From positions 1 through 41,630 of the forward strand of contig CAYMLJ010000002.1 in the NCBI GenBank assembly GCA_964391395.1: a stretch of 41,630 nt of DNA, read 5' to 3'. Below, one piece after another: positions 1 through 9,658 of this stretch. The DNA comes from an uncultured Ruminiclostridium sp. (lineage in GTDB: Bacteria; Bacillota; Clostridia; DSM-8532). The stretch's first letter is position 1. Each line of letters begins with the position of its first letter. The notes under the pieces are model-generated. The model was not told where the DNA came from, ran no database searches, and saw only the letters and a program-made list of their open reading frames with translations. The translations under genes were made by a program, and so were the position numbers.

Positions 1-26
1 CATCTATTACAGCACATATTAATAAA

Positions 27-53
27 TTGTTATGCTTGAGCTTATGGTATAAT
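27..53 (+). promoter_or_regulatory. Putative sigma-A promoter for rluB (extended -10)
   Basis: TGgTATAAT at 45-53, about 25 nt upstream of the rluB start. There is only a weak -35 (TTGTTA at 27-32, short spacer). Confidence 0.35.
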
Positions 54-78
54 ATCATTCAAAAAGAAAGTTAAATTA

Positions 79-804
79 ATGGAAGATAAAATAAGATTGC
101 AAAAATATATGGCTCAGTGTGGTGTTGCATCAAGACGACACGCCGAGGAACTGATACAGGCCGGTAGGGTCAAAGTAAACGGAGATATAGTCACCGAAAT
201 GGGCATTCGTGTATCGGAGCAGGATAGAGTCGAAGTTGACGGAAAACTTATAAAAAAAGAAAAAAAGCTTATATATATTATGCTGAATAAGCCATCAGGC
301 TATGTTTCCACCGTTTCTGACCCTGAGGGAAGAAAAACCGTTTTGGATCTTATTGATGGGGTAAATGAGCGTATTTATCCGGTAGGACGTCTTGATTATG
401 ACACTACCGGTTTAATTATCCTTACAAATGACGGGGATTTCGCTTTTCAAAATACTCACCCCGGACAGGAAACCAGAAAAACCTATATAGCAGAAGTATT
501 AGGCATGCCGTCTAACAAGGCACTGCAAGCTTTGAGAAAAGGCATAATGCTTGATGGCAAAATATCCGCTCCTGCCCAGGTTGAAATTGTGGATATAAAA
601 CCAAAAAGCACAGTATTAAAAATTATTATACATGAAGGCAGAAACAGGCAGGTTAAGCGTATGTGTGAAGCTGTAGAGCATCCTGTATTGCGGCTTAAGC
701 GAACAGCTGTCGGAAGCCTCACATTGGGTGATTTAAAACTCGGTGAGTGGAGGTATTTATCAACTAAAGAAGCTAAACAGATCAGGGGGAAGATAAATGG
801 ATAA
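79..804 (+). CDS. rluB: Pseudouridine synthase, RluB/RsuA family (N-terminal S4 domain)
   Basis: 241 aa. S4-like N-terminus (RLQKYMAQCGVASRR), the catalytic-region motif GRLDYDTTGL, and HEGRNRQVKRM near the C-terminus. Confidence 0.9.
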   Translation: MEDKIRLQKYMAQCGVASRRHAEELIQAGRVKVNGDIVTEMGIRVSEQDRVEVDGKLIKKEKKLIYIMLNKPSGYVSTVSDPEGRKTVLDLIDGVNERIYPVGRLDYDTTGLIILTNDGDFAFQNTHPGQETRKTYIAEVLGMPSNKALQALRKGIMLDGKISAPAQVEIVDIKPKSTVLKIIIHEGRNRQVKRMCEAVEHPVLRLKRTAVGSLTLGDLKLGEWRYLSTKEAKQIRGKING

Positions 805-1690
805 GCAACAAGGTCAGCAATGCAGGGTTAAATCAATCTTTTTTTATCTCAAAGAATCGTTAAAGTTTTATGATGTTGATAAACCCACTGTTGCACAAAT
901 AGTATTTATATTAATACTTGCAATTATGTTCGGGGGTTATATTATTGCAAGACCTTACACCGAGGATGTTTTTTTATACTATGAGCAAATAAGTGTAAGC
1001 CTCATGGAGCAGGTTGAAGCTAGGAGTGTTGATTTTTCCTTAATTAATATGGAAGTTGTTTACAAGATGCTTGAATCTACTATGATAGTATTGGCTATTT
1101 ATGCAGTAATAAAGGCTATTACCTATATTATTGCGACATATTACGGTGCATTTTATTTTTATAGCTTGACTGATCCGGATACTACAGCGGTTCAAAGAAC
1201 GGTAATGTTTCTTAAAAAGCTGGCTAAAATTATTATCTTCAATCTCATGTTCTACGGAATTTTTGCATTAATTGTTTTCCTAATATTTATGTTGACAGTA
1301 TTCATTGCCTTTTTCTTTCCCGCAATTATTTCCATTACAACTTTCTTACCTATTGTTGTTTTGGCTGTCGATATGCTGTTTATATTTAAGAACCTATTAA
1401 TTATTGAGTTCGATACCGGCATTTTCAAGAATTTTAAAGTGTCGCTTGATATAACCAAGGGATGCAAAAGAAAAGTAATCTTTAACGGACTTTGGCCTCA
1501 TTTTCTTGGTCTTATTTTGAGTACCTTTGCCATTGATGTGCAAAATCCAATTCTTGCCCTTTTTATAGTTGCATTCTTTGAGGTCATAGTACTTTTAATA
1601 TTCCATAGATTAACTTCTCTGATGTTTATAGACGCTGCTTCTCTTGAAAGAAAAGATAAAAAACCGGAAAAGAATAAAGATGTGGAATAA
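797..1690 (+). CDS. Hypothetical polytopic membrane protein
   Basis: 297-aa ORF with several long hydrophobic segments. Its start overlaps the rluB stop (ATGGATAA), which suggests translational coupling. I recognise no family. Confidence 0.7.
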   Translation: MDKQQGQQCRVKSIFFYLKESLKFYDVDKPTVAQIVFILILAIMFGGYIIARPYTEDVFLYYEQISVSLMEQVEARSVDFSLINMEVVYKMLESTMIVLAIYAVIKAITYIIATYYGAFYFYSLTDPDTTAVQRTVMFLKKLAKIIIFNLMFYGIFALIVFLIFMLTVFIAFFFPAIISITTFLPIVVLAVDMLFIFKNLLIIEFDTGIFKNFKVSLDITKGCKRKVIFNGLWPHFLGLILSTFAIDVQNPILALFIVAFFEVIVLLIFHRLTSLMFIDAASLERKDKKPEKNKDVE

Positions 1691-1713
1691 AAAAAGAGTA
1701 TTTATCAATTAAG

Positions 1714-1742
1714 TTGACACAATACATCAAAAACAATATAAT
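1714..1742 (+). promoter_or_regulatory. Sigma-A promoter upstream of glyA
   Basis: TTGACA (1714-1719), 17-nt spacer, TATAAT (1737-1742). Confidence 0.55.
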
Positions 1743-1814
1743 TTTTTTGTTGTAAAAAAATAATGTCCCCAAGTTTGCGAGTGGGGTTCTATTGATATAG
1801 GGAGGATAAATTAA

Positions 1815-3056
1815 ATGCTTAAGTACAGAGAAATAGAAAAAGCAGATTCTGAAGTAGCGGAAGCTATTTACAATGAGATTGAAAGGCAGTCCGATAAAAT
1901 CGAGCTCATTGCTTCCGAAAATTTTGTTAGCAAAGCTGTCTTGGAGGCTGCTGGGACTCCTTTGACAAATAAATATGCAGAAGGCTATCCGGGAAAACGT
2001 TATTACGGTGGGTGCGAGCATGTTGATGTAGTTGAATCCCTTGCTATCAGCAGAGCAAAAGAGCTTTTTGGTGCAGAACATGTGAATGTTCAACCTCATT
2101 CAGGTGCACAGGCTAATATGGCTGTTTTTTATGCGGTTCTTAAGCCCGGCGATGTTTTTATGGGCATGGATCTTGCTCACGGTGGCCATTTAAGCCATGG
2201 TATGGCTTTGAATATGTCAGGAAAGTATTTTAAACCCGTTCCTTATTGTGTAAAAGAATCCGATGGATTGATAGATTATGATGAATTACGTAAAACAGCC
2301 TTGGAAACAAAGCCAAAGATGATTGTTGCCGGGGCCAGTGCTTATTCAAGAACTATAGATTTCAAAGCATTCAAAGAAATTTGTGATGAAGTGGGCTGTT
2401 ACCTTATGGTGGATATGGCTCATATTGCTGGACTTGTTGCCGCAGGCATACACCCAAGCCCGGTACCTTATGCCGATTTTGTTACCACCACAACGCACAA
2501 AACCTTAAGAGGTCCAAGGGGTGGTATGGTTTTATGCAAAGAGAAATATGCTAAGGATATCGATCGTTCTGTATTTCCTGGCATACAAGGCGGCCCGTTA
2601 ATGCATGTTATAGCAGGAAAGGCTGTTTGTTTCAAGGAAGCTCTATCCCCGGAATTTAGGGAGTACCAGAAGCAGATTATAAAGAACGCAACAACATTGT
2701 CTCAAGCTCTTATTGAAAAAGGTTTTGAAATTGTATCCGGAGGTACCGACACTCATCTTATGCTGATCAATGTAACCAATAAGGGTATAACCGGAAAAGA
2801 CGCCCAATTGATGCTTGATGAGGTCATGATAACAGTTAATAAAAACGGAATTCCTTTCGATACCTTAAGTCCTGCTGTTTCAAGCGGTATACGAATCGGA
2901 ACACCGGCAGTTACCACCCGGGGTATGAAAGAAAAAGAAATGATTGAAATTGCTGAACTGATAAATATGACATTAAGCGGTGGTTTCGAAAGTAATAAGC
3001 AGGGGATAATAGAAAGAGTAGGTCAACTTACCGCACGTTTCCCACTATACAAATAG
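1815..3056 (+). CDS. glyA: Serine hydroxymethyltransferase
   Basis: 413 aa with canonical SHMT sequence ([39 protein letters not shown]). GGGAGG RBS upstream. Confidence 0.97.
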   Translation: MLKYREIEKADSEVAEAIYNEIERQSDKIELIASENFVSKAVLEAAGTPLTNKYAEGYPGKRYYGGCEHVDVVESLAISRAKELFGAEHVNVQPHSGAQANMAVFYAVLKPGDVFMGMDLAHGGHLSHGMALNMSGKYFKPVPYCVKESDGLIDYDELRKTALETKPKMIVAGASAYSRTIDFKAFKEICDEVGCYLMVDMAHIAGLVAAGIHPSPVPYADFVTTTTHKTLRGPRGGMVLCKEKYAKDIDRSVFPGIQGGPLMHVIAGKAVCFKEALSPEFREYQKQIIKNATTLSQALIEKGFEIVSGGTDTHLMLINVTNKGITGKDAQLMLDEVMITVNKNGIPFDTLSPAVSSGIRIGTPAVTTRGMKEKEMIEIAELINMTLSGGFESNKQGIIERVGQLTARFPLYK

Positions 3057-3078
3057 TAAACATGCCGAAAAGCAATGA

Positions 3079-3107
3079 TTGACAAAGCGGGATCAAGTGA
3101 GTATAAT
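3079..3107 (+). promoter_or_regulatory. Sigma-A promoter upstream of yceD-rpmF
   Basis: TTGACA (3079-3084), 17-nt spacer, TATAAT (3102-3107). Confidence 0.55.
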
Positions 3108-3162
3108 ATTTCATGTTGACCTTCTGGGAGCTTATATTCATGCTTTTTAGGAGGAATTAGAA

Positions 3163-3681
3163 TTGAAACTTGACATAACCTCAATCATAAAGGATAATGG
3201 CGGAACCATTAATATTCAGATGGAAGAAGCTTTAGAAGACTTAAGAACAAGCCTTGGTACGGTTTCTTTTACAAGTCCGGTCAATTTTTCCGGAAGAATA
3301 ACCAATAATAATGGTATGCTTAAGTTAAAGGGTCTAGCCAAAGTAAGCTATTCAACTGTTTGTGACAGATGTGTACAAAACATTGAGCGAGAGCTTATTA
3401 TCGATATTGATGAGGGTATCATTGAAAAGAAAAATACCGATGAAGAGATTGCCGAAATCTTTGAAGATGACAGATTTACATTTAGCGGCAACTCTCTTGA
3501 TTTAGACAGAATATTGGCAGACTGCATATTGACAAGTATTCCAATGACGCAAGTTTGCCGTGAGGATTGTTCGGGGTTATGTCCCGTATGCGGAGCAGAG
3601 ATTAGCGGAGAAGGTTGTAACTGCAAGGATAACGGTTCATCGGATTCGCGATTTGAAATATTAAAAGGATTTTTTGATTAA
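3163..3681 (+). CDS. yceD: YceD/DUF177 family protein (23S rRNA accumulation protein-like)
   Basis: 172 aa, TTG start after an AGGAGG RBS. C-terminal Cys cluster (CREDCSGLCPVCG...GCNC). Sits in the conserved position directly upstream of rpmF. Confidence 0.85.
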   Translation: MKLDITSIIKDNGGTINIQMEEALEDLRTSLGTVSFTSPVNFSGRITNNNGMLKLKGLAKVSYSTVCDRCVQNIERELIIDIDEGIIEKKNTDEEIAEIFEDDRFTFSGNSLDLDRILADCILTSIPMTQVCREDCSGLCPVCGAEISGEGCNCKDNGSSDSRFEILKGFFD

Positions 3682-3737
3682 TATTGCAATAACAGCAGGA
3701 ATGCTGATTATGCCAACACTGAACGGAGGTGTTACAA

Positions 3738-3923
3738 ATGGCGGTACCAAAAAATAAAGTGTCGAAGCAAAGAAAAAACAAGAGAAGAACCCACTACAAG
3801 CTTTCAGCGCCGAATCTGGTTGCATGTAAAAAGTGTCATGCACTCAAGCTTCCGCACGTAGTTTGTAAAGAATGTGGAACTTATGATGACAAGGAAGTAG
3901 TGAAGGTAGACGAAAAGAAGTAA
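3738..3923 (+). CDS. rpmF: 50S ribosomal protein L32
   Basis: The L32 N-terminus MAVPKNKVSKQRKNKRR and CxxC...CxxC zinc-ribbon cysteines. I prefer the ATG at 3738 (GGAGG 8 nt upstream) over the track's GTG at 3729. Confidence 0.95.
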   Translation: MAVPKNKVSKQRKNKRRTHYKLSAPNLVACKKCHALKLPHVVCKECGTYDDKEVVKVDEKK

Positions 3924-3958
3924 TCATCTCCGGAGCATTCCAACGACTCAAAAAGTAG

Positions 3959-3990
3959 TAGCAGCTTTATATAGCTGCTATTGTTTTTTT
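3959..3990 (+). terminator. Intrinsic terminator after rpmF
   Basis: TAGCAGCT (3959-3966) pairs with AGCTGCTA (3973-3980), followed by TTGTTTTTTT. Confidence 0.7.
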
Positions 3991-4004
3991 ACGAGGTTTT
4001 TATT

Positions 4005-5315
4005 ATGCATAAAATTGAGATATCAAGCATCCAGAAAGATAGCATAGCAGAAGAGCTGGGGATAGAGCCGGGCGATTTTTTAGTATCTATAAACGAACAA
4101 GAGATACATGATGTATTTGACTATAAATTCTATTGTGCCGATACGAAATTGACTCTTGAGATAGAGAAAAAAAATCGAGAAAACTGGCAGTATGAAATTG
4201 AAAAAGATGAGATGGAGGATTTGGGCATAGAATTTTGTACCTCTTTGCTGGACGAGGAAAAGTCCTGCCGCAATAAATGTATTTTTTGCTTTATAGATCA
4301 GCTCCCAAAAGGAATGCGCGATACTCTCTACTTTAAAGATGATGATGCCAGACTATCATTCTTATATGGCAACTATATTACAATGACTAACCTTTCTGAT
4401 GAAGAGATTGGCAGGATTATTCGTTATCGTATGTCTCCGGTTAACATATCGGTTCATACAACAAACCCGGAACTTCGAGTAAAGATGTTAAATAACCGTT
4501 TCGCGGGAGATATTCTTGAGAAGATAAAGCGTTTTACTTCAAATGGAATTATAGTAAATTGCCAGATAGTTCTCTGCCCCGGAATAAATGATGGCGATGA
4601 GCTTGACAGAACCATAAGAGAGCTTACTTCCCTTGCACCCGAGCTTCACAGTATTTCTGTGGTTCCGGTAGGTCTTACACGATTTAGAGATGACTTAGCA
4701 CAATTAACACCTTTTAACCAGGAAAGTGCCTTAAAAGTTGTTAATCAGGTTGAGGCATGGCAAGAGAAATTGTTAATAAAATTTGGCAGCCGATTAGTAT
4801 ATATAGCCGATGAGATTTATATAATGGCCGAAAAGCCGCTTCCCGACTATGAAGCCTACGAAGATTTTCCCCAGATTGAGAATGGTGTAGGGATGGTTTC
4901 CTCGTTATTATACGAGGCAAAAGAGGCCCTGGAAGAGCTTCAACTTGTCGGTGAAATTGAGAAAACTGTAAGTATTGCCACCGGAACATCGGTTTTTGAG
5001 CATTTTAAGAGAATCACCTCATATATTGAAGACAATATAAAAGGCTTAAAGATTAATGTTTATCCTGTCGAAAATACCTTTTTTGGCCCCGGTGTTACTG
5101 TAACCGGCCTTTTAACGAGTTGTGACCTTATTAGAGCGCTTATTAACAAAGACTTGGGTGATAAGCTTCTACTGTGCAAAAACATGTTCAGAGCGGGCAC
5201 AGACGTAATGCTTGATGATGTAACGGCTGGTGAACTGGAAGATAAGCTGGGAGTCGAAATTCAAATAGTTGATGCAGAAGGACACGCTTTTATAGATGCT
5301 CTTGTCCAAAGCTGA
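4005..5315 (+). CDS. DUF512-type radical SAM protein with N-terminal PDZ-like domain
   Basis: CRNKCIFC (CxxxCxxC) radical-SAM cluster motif with overall DUF512 family resemblance. I prefer the ATG at 4005 because the track's TTG at 3981 lies inside the rpmF terminator. Confidence 0.8.
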   Translation: MHKIEISSIQKDSIAEELGIEPGDFLVSINEQEIHDVFDYKFYCADTKLTLEIEKKNRENWQYEIEKDEMEDLGIEFCTSLLDEEKSCRNKCIFCFIDQLPKGMRDTLYFKDDDARLSFLYGNYITMTNLSDEEIGRIIRYRMSPVNISVHTTNPELRVKMLNNRFAGDILEKIKRFTSNGIIVNCQIVLCPGINDGDELDRTIRELTSLAPELHSISVVPVGLTRFRDDLAQLTPFNQESALKVVNQVEAWQEKLLIKFGSRLVYIADEIYIMAEKPLPDYEAYEDFPQIENGVGMVSSLLYEAKEALEELQLVGEIEKTVSIATGTSVFEHFKRITSYIEDNIKGLKINVYPVENTFFGPGVTVTGLLTSCDLIRALINKDLGDKLLLCKNMFRAGTDVMLDDVTAGELEDKLGVEIQIVDAEGHAFIDALVQS

Positions 5316-5405
5316 TACTTAATAAATAAATTCATAAAATCATTAACAATTTTGCGTCCTCGGGAATATACTTAATTGACAGGAGCTGGCACGGAGGTTA
5401 TGCAC

Positions 5406-5477
5406 ATGAGGATTATAGTGCTTAAGATGCCCGGATTCCTGGGAGGAATACTCAGGCGTTTGCTTAAAATCCATTAG
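5406..5477 (+). CDS. spoVM: Stage V sporulation protein M (23-aa micro-protein; not in ORF track)
   Basis: Translates to MRIIVLKMPGFLGGILRRLLKIH. This closely resembles B. subtilis SpoVM (MKFYTIKLPKFLGGIVRAMLGSFRKD). GGAGG lies 8 nt upstream, and the gene neighbours rpmB as in Bacillus. An in-frame ATG at 5400 is an alternative start. Confidence 0.65.
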   Translation: MRIIVLKMPGFLGGILRRLLKIH

Positions 5478-5545
5478 AATGGGCACGAAGAAAAAATAAG
5501 AAACGGATATGCCGATTGCATATCGCACACCTTGTTTAATTCACA

Positions 5546-5580
5546 ATAAAAAATGTGGCATTCAGCACGCCACATTTTTT
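5546..5580. terminator. Bidirectional intrinsic terminator (spoVM side and rpmB side)
   Basis: AAAAAATGTGGC ... GCCACATTTTTT. A 7-bp GC-containing stem (5552-5558 / 5568-5574) is flanked by an A-run and a T-run, so it has a U-tract on both strands. Confidence 0.8.
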
Positions 5581-5599
5581 ATTTAAACTTTCATTCTAA

Positions 5600-5788
5600 T
5601 TATACAGATTTAGCTATTTTACTGGAACGCAGGCATTTAGCACAAATGTGCATACTTTTTGAAACGCCTTCAACCTCAACTTTAACCTTTCTAATGTTAG
5701 GTTTCCAGACTTTATTACTTCTTCTGTGAGAGTGACTCACCTGTATACCAAAATGTTGACCTTTATCACATACTTCGCACTTTGCCAT
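5600..5788 (-). CDS. rpmB: 50S ribosomal protein L28
   Basis: 62 aa, MAKCEVCDKG...VSHSHRRSNKVWKPNI is canonical L28. GGGAGG RBS on the minus strand. Confidence 0.95.
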   Translation of the reverse strand: MAKCEVCDKGQHFGIQVSHSHRRSNKVWKPNIRKVKVEVEGVSKSMHICAKCLRSSKIAKSV

Positions 5789-6057
5789 TTGCTACACCTC
5801 CCTGCAATCCATATATATAAATGGATATATCTTAATAATCAATTCTTTAACAGCAAAAATCATTTTATCATAATATCGAATGTATTAGCAACTATTTTTA
5901 AAAATTAATCATATTTTGCATGAAATCTTATTCTCATATAGAAAACATTACTAATTTAGCATATTTCAATTGAATTCTTTAATTGAATACGGTTATTAAT
6001 GCAAAAAGCATATAAAACATACTAAAGCTTAATAAAAATTCAGTAATTATCCCATGA

Positions 6058-6087
6058 TTGACATGAAGCATTTGATACTGATATAAT
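6058..6087 (+). promoter_or_regulatory. Sigma-A promoter of the ilv-leu operon leader
   Basis: TTGACA (6058-6063), 18-nt spacer, TATAAT (6082-6087), with an extended -10 TG at 6079-6080. Confidence 0.6.
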
Positions 6088-6093
6088 ACTAGG

Positions 6094-6386
6094 AAATAAC
6101 TGAATAATCCCTGAATAAATGCAATGAAGGAGCAAGTTTTTCATTCAATAATCTTTTAAGAGAGCCAATGGTTGGTGTAAATTGGCAAGATTTATGGAAA
6201 CGGATCTCTCCCGAGCAGTTCTTCTGAAAACAAAGTAAGAGGAAACGGTCAGCCCCGTTACAGGCAAAGGTTTGTTTGAACCTAGTGAGGTCTTTATTGT
6301 GAGATAAAGATAAAATAGGGTGGTAACGCGTAGAGTATATCCCTCGTCCCTGTTGTATTATATAACGACGGTCCGAGGGTTTTTTG
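6094..6386 (+). promoter_or_regulatory. T-box leader (tRNA-sensing transcription attenuator) of the ilv-leu operon
   Basis: GA/K-turn-like ATGAAGGAG ... CTCCCGAG. AG bay AAGAGAG (6158-6164). Distal loop GGTTGGTGTAA (6170-6180). T-box sequence AATAGGGTGGTAACGCG (6314-6330). Terminator CCCTCG...CGAGGG followed by TTTTTT (6341-6386). Confidence 0.85.
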
Positions 6387-6455
6387 TATACATAAAATAG
6401 TTAAAAAAACCAAACCATGCAGGAATTAGTTAGCATATAAAATATTTAAAAAGGG

Positions 6456-8078
6456 GTGGAAGACGTGAAAGCATCCGATACAATTATTAAGAGTTTGCTC
6501 AATGAAAATGTTGATACTGTTTTTGGCTATCCCGGGGGACATATATTAGAGGTATATGAATCGCTAAGAAAGTCAAAAATTCATCACGTCTTGGTTCGCC
6601 AGGAACAAGCAGCTGCTCACAGCGCAAGCGGGTATGCCAGAGTTTCCGGCAAGGTGGGAGTATGTATCGCTACCTCAGGACCCGGAGCGACAAATTTAAT
6701 TACGGGTATCGCAACAGCTTATATGGATTCAATTCCTCTTGTTATAATTACAGGTCAGGTCAATTCCTCTAAAATAGGCCGAGACATGTTTCAAGAGGCA
6801 GATATTACAGGCGCGACCGAATCTTTTACTAAGCACAGTTATTTGGTTAAGAATGAAAAGGATTTGCCAAGAATCATAAAGGAAGCCTTTTACATTGCAT
6901 CTACAGGAAGGCCCGGACCTGTACTTATTGATATTCCCAGCGATATCCAGGCGGCAAAGGTTGAAAAACCAATTATTCCTGAATCTGTTGATATAAGAGG
7001 TTATAAACCAACTACCAAAGGACATGTGGGGCAGATAAAACGTGCCATTAAATCTATTTCCGAAAGTAAGCGCCCCCTTATTATAGCCGGGGGAGGAGTA
7101 ATTCTTTCTGATGCCAAAGGTGAGCTTTTGAATTTTGTTGAAAAAACCGGCATTCCATTAGTTCACACGCTGATGGGCAAAGGATCATTACCTAGCCATA
7201 ACAGCCATTATTTTGGAATGATTGGAAATCACGGATTTTCAGAAGCAAATCGTGCAGTAGGAAAAGCCGATTTATTAATAATTATCGGGGCAAGAGTCGC
7301 GGACAGAACATGGGGCAAAATTGCCGATAAAATACACGAGGGTATGCGATTAATTCATATAGATGTGGACCCGGCAGAAATCGGCAAAAATGTGGGAATC
7401 CAAATACCGCTTGTTGGCGATGCCAGAACAATACTTGCACAAATGGTTGAGAAGGCTGAAAAAGTAAATACCGATGAGTGGCTCAATGAGCTTAAAAGCT
7501 ATAAATGCGCTATAAATAGCAATAAATCCGGTTTGGTGAATCCTAAATGTGCAATTGAGGCAATCTCTAATAATTTGAACGATCAAGCTATTATGGTTGC
7601 AGACGTTGGACAGAATCAAATATGGGCTGCAAGGTATTTTGAAGACAAAATAGGTAGAACCTTTCTGACATCGGGTGGTTTAGGTACTATGGGTTACGGC
7701 TTACCGGCTGCGATAGGAGCGAAGATAGCCGCACCAAAACGACAGGTTGTAGCGGTTGTAGGAGACGGCGGTTTTCAGATGAGCCTCCAAGAGCTAGGCA
7801 CAATTTCACATAACAACTTAGGAATTATTATACTACTTTTTAACAACTCAAGGCTTGGTATGGTTAGAGAACTTCAGGACAGAGCCTATGGAAAAATCAA
7901 TGCGGTAGAACTGGACAGGAATCCTGATTTTATCAAGCTATGTGATGCATACAAAATTAAAGGTGTAAGAATTACAAATGATTCAGAATTGGAAGATGCA
8001 TTTAATAAAGCTATCAAGCATAAAGGCCCTTTTGTAGTGGAATGTGTGGTGGATCCCAACGAGAATACTTTATTATGA
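6456..8078 (+). CDS. ilvB: Acetolactate synthase (AHAS) large subunit
   Basis: 540 aa ThDP enzyme (GYPGG, ATSGPGATNL, GGLGTMGYGLPAAIGA, GDGGFQM). Followed directly by the small subunit. The real start may be the GTG at 6465, which has better RBS spacing. Confidence 0.93.
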   Translation: MEDVKASDTIIKSLLNENVDTVFGYPGGHILEVYESLRKSKIHHVLVRQEQAAAHSASGYARVSGKVGVCIATSGPGATNLITGIATAYMDSIPLVIITGQVNSSKIGRDMFQEADITGATESFTKHSYLVKNEKDLPRIIKEAFYIASTGRPGPVLIDIPSDIQAAKVEKPIIPESVDIRGYKPTTKGHVGQIKRAIKSISESKRPLIIAGGGVILSDAKGELLNFVEKTGIPLVHTLMGKGSLPSHNSHYFGMIGNHGFSEANRAVGKADLLIIIGARVADRTWGKIADKIHEGMRLIHIDVDPAEIGKNVGIQIPLVGDARTILAQMVEKAEKVNTDEWLNELKSYKCAINSNKSGLVNPKCAIEAISNNLNDQAIMVADVGQNQIWAARYFEDKIGRTFLTSGGLGTMGYGLPAAIGAKIAAPKRQVVAVVGDGGFQMSLQELGTISHNNLGIIILLFNNSRLGMVRELQDRAYGKINAVELDRNPDFIKLCDAYKIKGVRITNDSELEDAFNKAIKHKGPFVVECVVDPNENTLL

Positions 8079-8124
8079 TATATAGAATGGAAAAGAATTC
8101 TAAATAAAGCAGGGAGTGAAGTAA

Positions 8125-8640
8125 ATGAACAGACATGTTCTCTCGGTACTGGTTGAAAACCAGTCCGGCGTACTTAGTCGCGTATCCGGTCTATTCAGCC
8201 GAAGGGGCTATAATATTGACAGCCTGTCAGTTGGCGAAACAGAGGATCCAAAGGTATCCCGCATGACTATCGTTGTGCGTGGTGACGATTACATTCTTGA
8301 GCAAATTAAGAAACAACTTAATAAACTAATTGATGTAATCAAAATTGTTGAGCTTGACACACACAAATCAGTGTTTAGAGAGCTGGCTATGATTAAGGTT
8401 AATACAACAATGGATACTAGAGCTGCTGTTATAGAAATTGTATCTATCTTCAGAGCAAATATTGTTGATGTATCTAATGAAACTCTTACAGTTGAAATGA
8501 CAGGGGACGAATCAAAAATCGAAGCATTTATAAGTCTTATGGACAATTACGGAATCGCAGAAGTTGTTCGTACAGGACTTACCGCTATTGAAAGAGGAAG
8601 CAAACAAATTAAAAATCAAAGGAAATATGAGGAGGAATAA
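8125..8640 (+). CDS. ilvN: Acetolactate synthase small (regulatory, ACT-domain) subunit
   Basis: 171 aa, HVLSVLVENQSGVLSRVSGLFSRRGYNIDSL is the canonical IlvN/IlvH N-terminus. Confidence 0.93.
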   Translation: MNRHVLSVLVENQSGVLSRVSGLFSRRGYNIDSLSVGETEDPKVSRMTIVVRGDDYILEQIKKQLNKLIDVIKIVELDTHKSVFRELAMIKVNTTMDTRAAVIEIVSIFRANIVDVSNETLTVEMTGDESKIEAFISLMDNYGIAEVVRTGLTAIERGSKQIKNQRKYEEE

Positions 8641-9633
<993 letters not shown>

Positions 9634-9658
9634 CAAATAATTGCTCAGGAGGTTTAGT

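Noticed and set aside
1743-1814. The glyA leader, checked for a ZTP (pfl) or other one-carbon-metabolism riboswitch.
   Set aside because: The leader is only about 70 nt, with one 5-bp hairpin (CCCCA/TGGGG). None of the conserved ZTP pseudoknot sequences is present.
1626-2099. 157-aa minus-strand ORF spanning the glyA promoter and 5' end.
   Set aside because: It is antisense to a certain gene and crosses a promoter region. It has no RBS and its composition is low-complexity.
5343-5528. 61-aa minus-strand ORF between the DUF512 gene and rpmB.
   Set aside because: It has no RBS and no recognisable family. It is antisense to the much better supported spoVM micro-gene and lies beyond the rpmB terminator.
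5807-5826. ATCCAT-ATATATAA-ATGGAT palindrome in the rpmB 5' UTR, considered as a ribosomal-protein autoregulatory leader.
   Set aside because: It is a 6-bp AT-rich stem. That is too weak and too small to call without comparative data.
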